Sequence record: PP496441.1 | Strand: one strand, 5' to 3' | DNA length: 64,000 nt | Shown here: positions 46,794 through 55,821 of the stretch, piece after piece | Numbering within the stretch: position 1 is the stretch's first letter | Layout of the letters: every line of letters begins with the position of its first letter | Program-made: the position numbers and the translations under genes | Notes under the pieces: model-generated | Databases searched by the model: none | Told to the model about the DNA's origin: nothing | What the model saw: only the letters and a program-made list of their open reading frames with translations

Positions 46794-47264
46794 ATGACCA
46801 CCCGAGTCCGGCCACAAGGTACAGACATTCCGTTGTCCATTCGCTTCGGCGTGCGGGCAACCCTCTTGATGAACAACGTTGCAGCCGCTCTGGTTAAGTA
46901 CCGCAACAATGTCGTAGCTCTAGCCTTCGCCGGACTACTCGCGACGTGTACTTACCTTTATCTGGATAACAGCTGCATGCGCCGCTGGGAAGGTGTACCG
47001 GTACAGACCCGCTGGGCATGGGGTGAGTGCCAAGTCAAGGTAGATGAGCTGTGGCGTGAAGAAGGGTTCGCCGTCAACTACCTGAAAAGCAAGTTCGCAA
47101 GGGACGGGTTCTTCATCCTGTCCAGTAGTGCCATCTACTCCGAGGAATTCCAAGAGCTGGATGTGCACAGCCGGGGAAAACACCTGGCACCCGATGTAAC
47201 CCCGGAACACTCACCTACCGATAAACCCGCAAAGGAACAGACCAATGCTTCTTCAAAACACTGA
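46794..47264 (+). CDS. membrane-anchored hypothetical protein
   Basis: One TM, then C..RW...T.W..GECQV. Confidence 0.65.
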   Translation: MTTRVRPQGTDIPLSIRFGVRATLLMNNVAAALVKYRNNVVALAFAGLLATCTYLYLDNSCMRRWEGVPVQTRWAWGECQVKVDELWREEGFAVNYLKSKFARDGFFILSSSAIYSEEFQELDVHSRGKHLAPDVTPEHSPTDKPAKEQTNASSKH

Positions 47265-48333
47265 TAGCATTCACGAACAGATGGGCGAGACTGCTGAATC
47301 TCGCGTCCAGCACCTGATCACAATGCTGACCATGCAGTACGCTAATAACCAGATCCAGCACGACCCTTGCTGGGCGCACTTCGACAACTCGGTTCGCGCC
47401 GATTACCGCATGGCTCTTATCGAACTGGGTGAAGTGTGGGATCACCTGCCGTCCGGCCAATGGTGGAAGAAGGGCGACCAGACCGAAGCTTTCCTCAATC
47501 TGGAGCAACGTGATCAAGCGGCGCTGGAGATCGTGGATGCGATGCACTTTGCTCTAAGCCACACCATCCGCAACTACATCGACGACCCAGACCACACCGT
47601 GATGGCCGAGGTCATCCCTGACATCGCCTCGTTGATCGCCAGCGTCAGCATGCAGGCATCGGTCGTGTACGAAGACTTCCTGCGCGGTGACTTCACCGTT
47701 GAACAGATCATGGGTGAGTTCAACTCTCTGATCGACACGGCCATCATCAATACCAACTTCGAGGTGTTCCCGCTGGACTCGGCTACCGTGCCATCCAATC
47801 TGCTGAGTAGCGGCCCGCACCAGAGCTTTACCAACTTCTGGTCGAGCGTGTTCCTCGCACTGCATCTGCTGGACTATAGCTTCGAGCAGGTAGTCGCGCT
47901 GTACGTCACCAAGAACCGCCTCAACACCTTCCGCGTTAAAAACGGTTACACCAAGAAGGCCGGTGAAGACCGTTATATCAAGTTGGCGTATGATGGCGGT
48001 TCTGATACCGTCCCAGTCGAAGACAACCATCACGTCCCGGCCATGGCCCGTTCGGCGGCAGAGGCTACTGCGCTGCGCGGCAGTGACTTGACGATGGAGA
48101 TCGACAACGCCATCATTGCGATGTACCGTAACCGTCTGGCGCAAGTGTGGGGCGTGATCGACGCTATCTCTAGTCGCTCAATTGCTGCGACTCAGGATGC
48201 CTTCCCCGCTCATTGGCTGTTGCCAGTCGGTGGCTGGAACCTGGTTAACACCCAAGACGGTTTGGGGTATCACAATACTGATACGGAAGAGACGATCGTG
48301 TACCAAGGCGTGCACCCGCACTTCGTCAAGTAA
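47245..48333 (+). CDS. dut: dimeric (all-alpha) dUTPase
   Basis: ELGE, WWKK, LEIVDAMHF, Y..KN.LN.FR..NGY and EDN motifs. Confidence 0.88.
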   Translation: MLLQNTDSIHEQMGETAESRVQHLITMLTMQYANNQIQHDPCWAHFDNSVRADYRMALIELGEVWDHLPSGQWWKKGDQTEAFLNLEQRDQAALEIVDAMHFALSHTIRNYIDDPDHTVMAEVIPDIASLIASVSMQASVVYEDFLRGDFTVEQIMGEFNSLIDTAIINTNFEVFPLDSATVPSNLLSSGPHQSFTNFWSSVFLALHLLDYSFEQVVALYVTKNRLNTFRVKNGYTKKAGEDRYIKLAYDGGSDTVPVEDNHHVPAMARSAAEATALRGSDLTMEIDNAIIAMYRNRLAQVWGVIDAISSRSIAATQDAFPAHWLLPVGGWNLVNTQDGLGYHNTDTEETIVYQGVHPHFVK

Positions 48334-48359
48334 GCTCTGATCCACCGAAGCGACAAAGG

Positions 48360-48407
48360 AACCCCGTGTAAAACTATCTGTCAAATGGTAGTTGCACGGG
48401 GTTTTTT
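48360..48407 (+). terminator. terminator overlapping the -35 box of the next promoter
   Basis: AACCCCGTG/CACGGGGTT plus AACTA/TAGTT stems, T-tract. Confidence 0.7.
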
Positions 48408-48420
48408 CGTGTGCTATAAT
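48392..48420 (+). promoter_or_regulatory. sigma70 extended -10 early promoter
   Basis: TTGCAC-17-TATAAT, TGn; near-duplicate of 11167. Confidence 0.85.
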
Positions 48421-48487
48421 GGCACCATGGCACCAGCCATGCCCGGAAACATTGAACTTCCGGCCACTGTCCCAAGAGGAACGCACC

Positions 48488-48976
48488 ATGATCAATCAAG
48501 ACTTGCAAGTAACTGGCACCACTCCAGCCGTGGACGGGTATCAGGTTGAAGTGAACGACACCAAACATGGTTTCCGCTTTCGTCTGCGCCACATCCCTAC
48601 TGACCGGGTAACTCACTGGGCAGGTTACCAGAGCATCGTCATGCTGGACGACATCGCCGCGACCACCGGCTATTATGGCGGCGCCGGTGAAGATCTGGTC
48701 CCCCGTTCCGCTGCAGACATCCTGCGTCAGTTCGCTGTGCAAGACGTCACCATCAAGTTCGGCGATGAGTTCACCGAAGCAGGTGATGCGGTTGCCGACG
48801 CCAAAGTGTCTCTGTTGGACACTGACGAAGTGGAAGAGATGCAACAGTCGTTCACCGAGTCACTGGCAGGCGCCCTTCGTGGTTCCGGTGACTTGCTGGA
48901 GAACATGTCTGACGACGACTTCGCCGCTGGCATGAAGGCTTTCGACGCAGCTACCCCGCTGACGAAGAAGAACTGA
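48488..48976 (+). CDS. acidic early protein
   Basis: CACTGTCCCAAGAGGA leader; ATG 48488. Confidence 0.7.
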   Translation: MINQDLQVTGTTPAVDGYQVEVNDTKHGFRFRLRHIPTDRVTHWAGYQSIVMLDDIAATTGYYGGAGEDLVPRSAADILRQFAVQDVTIKFGDEFTEAGDAVADAKVSLLDTDEVEEMQQSFTESLAGALRGSGDLLENMSDDDFAAGMKAFDAATPLTKKN

Positions 48977-48984
48977 CACCCACT

Positions 48985-49002
48985 GGGGATCGTAAGGTCC
49001 CC
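48985..49002 (+). repeat. GNRA-loop hairpin GGGGATC-GTAA-GGTCCCC, copy 3
   Basis: One base different from the 7465 copy. Confidence 0.8.
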
Positions 49003-49021
49003 AACCCTAAGAGGGTGTATC

Positions 49022-49381
49022 ATGAAGCCTGAGTATTGCGACTACTGCGATTTAGACACCAGCTCGGAGGAACTCGAGACCATTGTGGGTGGTAAGCACA
49101 CTGTCTTCCCCGTGACGGGTAGCAAGAGCAGACAGTTCCCGGATGCACAGCCCGTTGAAGTTGTCTCCGGTCTGGAACTTCATTACCGCAGCTGGTCGAT
49201 CATCCGCAACAGCAGAAATGACGTATGGGAGATATTTCACCCGGATACGCCAGACAGTACTGAAGATGAGTATCCACGTGTCTGGGACTGCATGCGGTGC
49301 ATAGACAAAGAGATTGAAGACGGTCGCCATCTTGGCGATGCCATCACCCCCGAAACTGAAGACTGCGTACTCCGAGCCTAA
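49022..49381 (+). CDS. hypothetical protein
   Basis: AAGAGG RBS; CDYC N-terminus. Confidence 0.65.
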   Translation: MKPEYCDYCDLDTSSEELETIVGGKHTVFPVTGSKSRQFPDAQPVEVVSGLELHYRSWSIIRNSRNDVWEIFHPDTPDSTEDEYPRVWDCMRCIDKEIEDGRHLGDAITPETEDCVLRA

Positions 49382-49425
49382 GCTACTTCTTGAGAGTTCG
49401 CCCCTACCCCAAAGAGGATTGTACC

Positions 49426-50622
49426 ATGGCCCGAGTCAATACCGCCCGCTACGCTTCCCAACTCCTTAATCTGGAAGGCGTCACTATCAAGATCATTCCA
49501 TTGGGCGAGGCAGGGGATAAAGCCCCCGTCAGTCCGATGATGGAAGCTTACTTCTGGACCCGCAAGCTGCCGGACAATGCCACGCTGCGCCAGTTGATCA
49601 ACCGCATTCGTACTTCGTCTGGTCACGTCAAACAAGGCGACGAAGCACAGGGTGCACCAGGTAATGTGTTGTTGGTCGGTAAGCATACCTGCCAGCTGCA
49701 AGTGTTCACGGCCAAAGGATCGCCGTTGACCAAGAAGGAGATGTCGGTCGCCACTATCACCATGGGGCAACTGCGCAAGCAGACTGTTCCGGCCAAGCCT
49801 ACCCAGTCCCAAAAGCTGGACAAGTATCAAGGCAAGGTCGTTCGTAAGGATCACGTTGCTTCGGCCAAAGGATCGATGGAACAGATAAAGAAAGACGATC
49901 CAGAGCTGTATGCAGCAGCGACCGGCAAGACGTTCGATCCGACCAAAGCCCAGACGGCAGCGAAAGCTTCGACGATGGACGCCATCACCGGCATGCTCGC
50001 CCAGTTCTCTAACAAGCCCCGCAAGGGTGAGAAGAAAGCGGACACGCTGCCTATCGACCCTAAAGAAGCCGTGCAGTTCCTGCTCCAGCACTGGCACAAC
50101 ACCGGTGGCCCGAAAGAAGTGAGCACCACGGTGTCGAAGGAAGGTGCCCAGTTTGTCGATGACATGTACAACAGCTCGTATCCCGAGATGATGCAGGATG
50201 TAGGCCACCCGCCTACTGATTACCTTCTCAAGTTCTGGGAAGTGAACCGCTACCGCTTCGGCATCGGCCACCCGGTTAAGATTCCACCCGCTGATCTGCC
50301 GGTCAAGTCCACGATGACGGGTAAGGTGTTGTGGCTGGGTGGTAAGCAGAAGAGCGTGATCAAGAAAGTCGTATCGCGTCAGCTACCGGGTCGTCCAGAG
50401 GGTGAGCGTACCGAGTTCGCCATTACGGTGTCGGGTGAAGAGGTGCAAACCCGCCATCTGATCAAGCACAAGGGCGACTCGTACCAGATCAATGACTTGG
50501 CAATCATCTCGGATGGCATCCTTCGTCCTGAGACGTCAACGGTCACTCCGAAGCCCGGCCCTACCAAACCGAAGAAGCCCGCGCTGGAAATCAAAGCCAA
50601 GAAGAAAGGTAAGACGAAATGA
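49426..50622 (+). CDS. basic hypothetical protein
   Basis: AAGAGGA RBS supports ATG 49426. Confidence 0.7.
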   Translation: MARVNTARYASQLLNLEGVTIKIIPLGEAGDKAPVSPMMEAYFWTRKLPDNATLRQLINRIRTSSGHVKQGDEAQGAPGNVLLVGKHTCQLQVFTAKGSPLTKKEMSVATITMGQLRKQTVPAKPTQSQKLDKYQGKVVRKDHVASAKGSMEQIKKDDPELYAAATGKTFDPTKAQTAAKASTMDAITGMLAQFSNKPRKGEKKADTLPIDPKEAVQFLLQHWHNTGGPKEVSTTVSKEGAQFVDDMYNSSYPEMMQDVGHPPTDYLLKFWEVNRYRFGIGHPVKIPPADLPVKSTMTGKVLWLGGKQKSVIKKVVSRQLPGRPEGERTEFAITVSGEEVQTRHLIKHKGDSYQINDLAIISDGILRPETSTVTPKPGPTKPKKPALEIKAKKKGKTK

Positions 50623-50735
50623 GTCGGTTCAAGATGATGTACGGTAACGTCAAGGTGTGGGGCATGTTCATTCTGGCTATCCTCCTTGCCGTGATCGCCG
50701 CCGTCATATGGCTGATTGGGGTATGGTGCTCGTAG
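50619..50735 (+). CDS. 38-aa single-TM peptide (not in track)
   Basis: ATGA coupling; hydrophobic helix. Confidence 0.5.
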   Translation: MSRFKMMYGNVKVWGMFILAILLAVIAAVIWLIGVWCS

Positions 50736-50918
50736 GACGCGCAGGCCGGGTTTTGCAGCGCATCGGTGCCGGGAGTTGGGGCGCGAGCGCTAATGCCAGT
50801 GAGCACAGCCTCAGCATATACAACCGCATCCGGCCTAAGAAGCCTAACGACCCGTCTTGACCCCATCCACTAAGACACCGGTAAATGAGCCGGTGTCCTA
50901 CCGCTTACCGAGGTAACC

Positions 50919-51242
50919 ATGAGTACGCCAGACACTGACCAAACCACTGCGGATGTCGAGGCAGTTGTTGTTCGACTTGAACGTGGGAATGATAAAGACG
51001 GAAACCCCGTTCATTACTTCCTGACGTACCGAGGCAAGGATGTTCCGATGGGTGAACGTGAGGTTCGTACCACGGCCAACATCAAGCACGCCTTCCGCTT
51101 CAACACGGAAGATGAGGCAGTCGCTGCCACGCAGTCGGAAGGCTTCCAGCAGTTGGTAGCCAAGATCAACCGGTCCGGCCCCGGTGTCACCAACGTGACA
51201 ACGCCGAAGATGAGCATTCGTTACGCTCTGCTTCCTGAATAA
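50919..51242 (+). CDS. hypothetical protein
   Basis: GAGGT RBS. Confidence 0.7.
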   Translation: MSTPDTDQTTADVEAVVVRLERGNDKDGNPVHYFLTYRGKDVPMGEREVRTTANIKHAFRFNTEDEAVAATQSEGFQQLVAKINRSGPGVTNVTTPKMSIRYALLPE

Positions 51243-51292
51243 CCAAACCCAATCTCAATAGCAACATCTAAAGTCCCGATAGGAGTTACACC

Positions 51293-52948
51293 ATGACCGT
51301 TCCAGCACGATTCGCAGCAGCAGAAGCAAAACTTTACGTCGGCAACAAGGCTGACAACATCCGCATCCAGCTGAAAGGCAACGTTGCCTTGATTCAAGGC
51401 TGGAAGGACGACAAGGAAGATACCGAAGTTGCCCGCGAGGAATTCAAGACCGCCAAGGATTTGACTGACCTGATCCAGTCGGCCCGCAACGAAGTCAATG
51501 CCCCAGACGGCCAGATTCGTGTGGTCAGTGACGACGCCAGCATCATCGTCATCAATCTGGACACGGAAGCGGAAGAGATCAAGGGCTTCGGAAAGTCTGG
51601 CGCCAAGCTGTTGGACGCTCTGATCACGCTGGCTAAAGCGGAAGAAATCGAAGGTGAAGCGGCTCGCGGTCAACTTGCAGATAAATTGGCCGAAGCGTTG
51701 GCTAAGCCTGAATCGGACCAAGACGAAGCCGCCGTGGAAACCGTAGCAGGCAAGTTGACTACGGCCCCCGCCACTGGCACTGACCTTGTCGGAACTCCGC
51801 TCAACTCCCCGGTACAAGGCGCGGGTATCGATCTGAAGCAGGAAGCTGACGCACAGGGCGACGAACTCGGTTTGGTCGAAACCATGGAAGAGCAATTCCA
51901 GCACCCCGGTCTGGTGCATCGCTTCGGCTTCCCGGCTGGCATCACTCTGGGTGGCGCCGTGGATGTGACCCTGCCAGATGGTAGCGTTACCGAGCACTAC
52001 ACTTTCTCTGACATGGACGGTGACCCCGCCGACGACAGCGCTGAAGGTACCGTGTTCGTCGAAGTGCGTACCTACGCCACGGATGCAGACGAGGAAGCGG
52101 AAGACGATCGCATCTCGCTGGAACTGCCGACCCTCACCGCGATCAATCGTCTGCTCAACCTGATCGAGACGTACGGCGACGAACTGAAATTCAACATGGT
52201 GTCTGTGCTGACACTGGACGTGCCCGCTCTGGAACTGGAATATCGCTACACCCCCGAGAAGGGCAAGCTGACCAGCAAGATCCGTGTCGAGTTCGCCGAG
52301 GCATTCATCGCAGACCTTAGTGCCATCGCGGTGCCGACGTACACCCCGTTCGATCTGCGTATGCACGGCGAGTTCAGCTACGAAGACTTCGCCCACGTAA
52401 CCAGCAACTACGCAGCCTCGTTGAGCGCTCGCTGCCGCAACTCTTCCCCGGCGTCTGTCCTGACTGGCAAGATCGAACTTATCGGCTGGGCCAGCCTCAC
52501 GGATGATGCAGGGGAGTCTTCTACCCTGATGTTCGACGGTGCATCCGCCAGCAACTCCCAAGGCGATGAAGTGACCATGCAGGTAGCAGTGGCCCAACTG
52601 CTCGCCGCCGACAAGATCACGTTCTTCCCCGACACCCGCTTGATGAAGATCGCCAAAGCGTCCACCGCCAAGGACAAGTCTTTCGGCCCGGAAGCACTGA
52701 CAGGTATGGCGGTCAAGCTTAACGGCAAGGATGAAGGAATCATCTACACCACCAAAGGCTTGGGCACCCTGCTCAACAACTTCCATCAGACCCAAGTGGC
52801 CGCAGTCACCGAGGAAGTGAAGAAGGTGAACGAGCTGGTTGATACCGAACTCAGCATCGTCTTGAGCGAGCTGATGGTTGATCTGCCGCAGGACGTCCCT
52901 GAGAAGAAGATCAAGTCGGTCCAAACCAAGCCTCGCATCATTAAGTAA
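51293..52948 (+). CDS. large acidic hypothetical protein
   Basis: AGGAG RBS; highly expressed-type codon bias. Confidence 0.75.
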   Translation: MTVPARFAAAEAKLYVGNKADNIRIQLKGNVALIQGWKDDKEDTEVAREEFKTAKDLTDLIQSARNEVNAPDGQIRVVSDDASIIVINLDTEAEEIKGFGKSGAKLLDALITLAKAEEIEGEAARGQLADKLAEALAKPESDQDEAAVETVAGKLTTAPATGTDLVGTPLNSPVQGAGIDLKQEADAQGDELGLVETMEEQFQHPGLVHRFGFPAGITLGGAVDVTLPDGSVTEHYTFSDMDGDPADDSAEGTVFVEVRTYATDADEEAEDDRISLELPTLTAINRLLNLIETYGDELKFNMVSVLTLDVPALELEYRYTPEKGKLTSKIRVEFAEAFIADLSAIAVPTYTPFDLRMHGEFSYEDFAHVTSNYAASLSARCRNSSPASVLTGKIELIGWASLTDDAGESSTLMFDGASASNSQGDEVTMQVAVAQLLAADKITFFPDTRLMKIAKASTAKDKSFGPEALTGMAVKLNGKDEGIIYTTKGLGTLLNNFHQTQVAAVTEEVKKVNELVDTELSIVLSELMVDLPQDVPEKKIKSVQTKPRIIK

Positions 52949-53006
52949 TTCAAGCAAGGACAATCAGGCCATGGATGGCACTCACGGACAACGCAGGGTT
53001 AGTAAA

Positions 53007-53759
53007 ATGAAGGTTTCTACGAAACGACGTATTCTCTACTGGGCACCATCGGTACTGGTTCTGCTGGCGTCAATGTCACTGGTCGGTCTCGCTGCCCACG
53101 CCAACACCGCGCGAGCTGATGAGATGGCGCCACCTATGAACTCTGAAGTTCACCGGGCAGCAATGTCGGTACAAGCGGCGCAGGGGTTCAATGGTAATGC
53201 CAGCCCACTGACGCTGGATCGCCAGGCCTATCCGTCGGATGTCAAAGCCAAGATGGACGAAGTGATGCGTCAGTGTCCAGTGGACGGCTCGCTGAAACAG
53301 GTGCGACTGTTCCGCTATTCGGAAGGTGAAGTCCCCTCCCCGAGTATGTTCGACGCCATCTGTAGTTTGCTGGTTCTGCCACCCGACGTGTACCACAAGA
53401 CTGATCCGATGCAGTGGCGCAAGTTCACGCAGAAGGTTACCCCGGTCAGCGCCGAGATCCTGATCGAAGTGGATTCGAGCAAGCCTCAGGATGAGAAGGC
53501 GCGCTTCCTGTTTCAGCAGGTGCTGAACAATCCCGACTGGTTCCAACTGGTCGAAGTGAAAACCATGAAGGTGAAGGGCACTGCGCTGGAGCGTACAGTG
53601 ATCTTCCAGATCCAGCAATCGGTAGGTGTGTATTACGACATGCTGGCGGCGTACGTTAGCCAACAAGGTAAGCCTGTCGTCGAACCCATCCCGACTATCC
53701 AGAGTGGGAGCCGCAGCACGGACAACCGACCCATCACCATGTTGACCGAACAGAAGTAA
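53007..53759 (+). CDS. exported hypothetical protein
   Basis: Signal peptide-like N-terminus; start at ATG 53007. Confidence 0.65.
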   Translation: MKVSTKRRILYWAPSVLVLLASMSLVGLAAHANTARADEMAPPMNSEVHRAAMSVQAAQGFNGNASPLTLDRQAYPSDVKAKMDEVMRQCPVDGSLKQVRLFRYSEGEVPSPSMFDAICSLLVLPPDVYHKTDPMQWRKFTQKVTPVSAEILIEVDSSKPQDEKARFLFQQVLNNPDWFQLVEVKTMKVKGTALERTVIFQIQQSVGVYYDMLAAYVSQQGKPVVEPIPTIQSGSRSTDNRPITMLTEQK

Positions 53760-53794
53760 CATGAAACACCCACTGTCCCAATGAGGTATCTACC

Positions 53795-54157
53795 GTGAAT
53801 AAGTTTACCGATTTCAAAAAGGAAGGCCAGACAGTACGTATGCTCCCCGACTGGCCTGCTAAGCCTGCGTTCGTTCGTCTAAAGGAAAGACCGGATACAG
53901 ATGATCTAATCCCTGTTGACTTCTCCTGTACACTGATGTCACTGCCTAAGTCTTTCACCCTCCCGATTGTGACTGAAGATGGTAGCCACCACGTACTACG
54001 AACGGGCATCAAGGCCTACGCTCGCATCGCTGCTTTCATTCAGATGAGTGGCCCCTTCAAGGGTAAGGATGTGGGCTTCCGTGCGCAGGCTGATCAAGCC
54101 CGTGCTTTCAAGCTGGCCGACCTGGTACAGCGCAACATGATCAAGTACGGGAAATAA
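53795..54157 (+). CDS. hypothetical protein
   Basis: CCCACTGTCCCAATGAGG leader; GTG start. Confidence 0.65.
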   Translation: MNKFTDFKKEGQTVRMLPDWPAKPAFVRLKERPDTDDLIPVDFSCTLMSLPKSFTLPIVTEDGSHHVLRTGIKAYARIAAFIQMSGPFKGKDVGFRAQADQARAFKLADLVQRNMIKYGK

Positions 54158-54160
54158 GAC

Positions 54161-55192
54161 ATGCGCAATCAAGACATGGACAAAGTGGAACTGCACGTAG
54201 CAGTGACCGATGAGATTCAAGGTGCTTTCACCGACGGCACAAAAGATTACCGGGGTTGCACACGCGAACGTATCGAAGATACCCGTGCCCTGATCAAACG
54301 GTCTTACGTGTCGCTGCGTGAGGTTGGTTACTGGCTGGTCAAAGCGTTCGGTGTGGAGACTGCCCATGACAAGAAGGAGCGTGTCTACCGCTTCACCGAG
54401 GAAGCTCTGGAGCTGGGGCAAGCCACGGGACTGACAAAGGAAGAAGCACTGGCGCTGGTGGACTACGTATTCGAACGTGAAGTGGGTGAGATCAAGCAGG
54501 AGGTAGGCGGCGTGATGACCACTCTTGCGGCACTGTGCTTCGCTCATGAGATCGATCACCATGAATGCGGGCGCATCGAGCTGGACCGTGTGCAAGATCC
54601 TGCCGTGCTGGAGAAGATCAGGATCAAGCAAGCCAACAAGAAGATTCGCAGTCCGCTGCCGGGCATCGTGAAAGAAGAGTGTCAAGCGGAACCGGCACTC
54701 AAAGGTTTCGACCCTGTGTGTTCCTGCAAGGAATGTGAGGTTATTCGATACGGCCATCGACACCCTAAGCCGCAGAAACAAGCGGTGTCCTATGTGGAAG
54801 ACGTGATCGACAAGTTGAAAGCCGATCAGGCGGCTGGGCACACCGGGGTTACTCTGGTGGTCGTCCGCACCCTGATGGCGATTAACCGGATCAGGGAAGC
54901 CATGGAAGATAAGGGCACCGTGTGCGTCGTAAGAAAGATGGGGGACTTTGAAGGCGCAATGGGCAGTGTTGAAGGGTTAAGGGAAGGAGAGCAACTGTAC
55001 ATTGTAGGCACCAAGGGCATACTGTGTGCCGGATGGTCGCTGATCACCCCCTTCGATGTTCGCGTGTACAGCACCTGCCCGCTAGGGGATGACCACTACG
55101 TCCAGCTGATGGCGCGCTGGTTCAAAGACGGAGTGCGGACACTTCCGGTCTACCACTATGTTCCGGGCCGCACAGACAATCCCGGACTGTAG
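54161..55192 (+). CDS. MazG-like NTP pyrophosphohydrolase domain fused to C-terminal domain
   Basis: RF.EEALEL...QEVGG helical acidic motif. Confidence 0.6.
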   Translation: MRNQDMDKVELHVAVTDEIQGAFTDGTKDYRGCTRERIEDTRALIKRSYVSLREVGYWLVKAFGVETAHDKKERVYRFTEEALELGQATGLTKEEALALVDYVFEREVGEIKQEVGGVMTTLAALCFAHEIDHHECGRIELDRVQDPAVLEKIRIKQANKKIRSPLPGIVKEECQAEPALKGFDPVCSCKECEVIRYGHRHPKPQKQAVSYVEDVIDKLKADQAAGHTGVTLVVVRTLMAINRIREAMEDKGTVCVVRKMGDFEGAMGSVEGLREGEQLYIVGTKGILCAGWSLITPFDVRVYSTCPLGDDHYVQLMARWFKDGVRTLPVYHYVPGRTDNPGL

Positions 55193-55247
55193 TTCTTAAT
55201 TACAGCGGTCCACTACGGGCTTTATACAATCCGATGGAGATAAGATC

Positions 55248-55766
55248 ATGGCTTCGAAAAAGCGTGGCAACACCCCCGTTGCAGAATCCACTGGCGCGGG
55301 TACGCCGGTCACCGAAAACGAAAAGACTTCACCTAACCTGATTCAGACCCAGATTCCTTCGGCTGAGTCCAGTGCGGAGAAGATCGCTGAGTCCGATGTT
55401 GCGCCGACCGGTGAACCCGTTCAAGAGCGACACGAAGGCCAGCACGAAGATTCGGTCAGCTCGGAACAAGTTGGTGATCTGGCTTCCATCATGGGCAACG
55501 GAGACACCGCCAAGCAAGACGCCCCAGTGGAACAGGATCAGTCCGAGGACACCCAATCGGAACCGCGTCAAGAAGCTACCGAAGCCGGTATCGCACTGGC
55601 CGACAAGATCTCGGAACTGGAAACCAACGGTGACACCGCTGAAGAGCTGCGCCACAAAGTCAGCGGCGAAGGTGGCATCATGGATCAGTTGAACAAGCTG
55701 GCTGAAGGTAGCGAGCGTGAAGAGCTGACCCAGCGTGCACAAGCAATTCTGGTTAACCGCGTCTAA
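55248..55766 (+). CDS. acidic, largely disordered protein
   Basis: GGAG RBS; E/S/Q-rich. Confidence 0.7.
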   Translation: MASKKRGNTPVAESTGAGTPVTENEKTSPNLIQTQIPSAESSAEKIAESDVAPTGEPVQERHEGQHEDSVSSEQVGDLASIMGNGDTAKQDAPVEQDQSEDTQSEPRQEATEAGIALADKISELETNGDTAEELRHKVSGEGGIMDQLNKLAEGSEREELTQRAQAILVNRV

Positions 55767-55779
55767 ATCTTCGGCGCGC

Positions 55780-55821
55780 AAAAAACCCCACTCGCGTACA
55801 TCACGGGTGGGGTTTTGTTTT
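55780..55821. terminator. bidirectional terminator between convergent genes
   Basis: A-tract-CCCCAC...GTGGGG-T-tract. Confidence 0.8.

Noticed and set aside
49426-49780. Ubiquitin-like beta-grasp domain at the N-terminus
   Set aside because: Only a vague pattern impression; needs a profile search
50741-50780. Resemblance to SRP 4.5S RNA (CAGG...GCAGC...GTGCCGGGA)
   Set aside because: The required stem and GNRA loop between CAGG and GCAG cannot form
796-52963. Long minus-strand ORFs (796..1845, 5716..7071, 18274..19506, 21498..22472, 51221..52963 and similar)
   Set aside because: They shadow well-supported + genes; high GC3 codon bias removes antisense stops; no RBS or motifs
41914-55192. 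2-aminoadenine (Z-genome) system from the HD and MazG-like genes
   Set aside because: No PurZ-like gene in the window and the genes are not clustered
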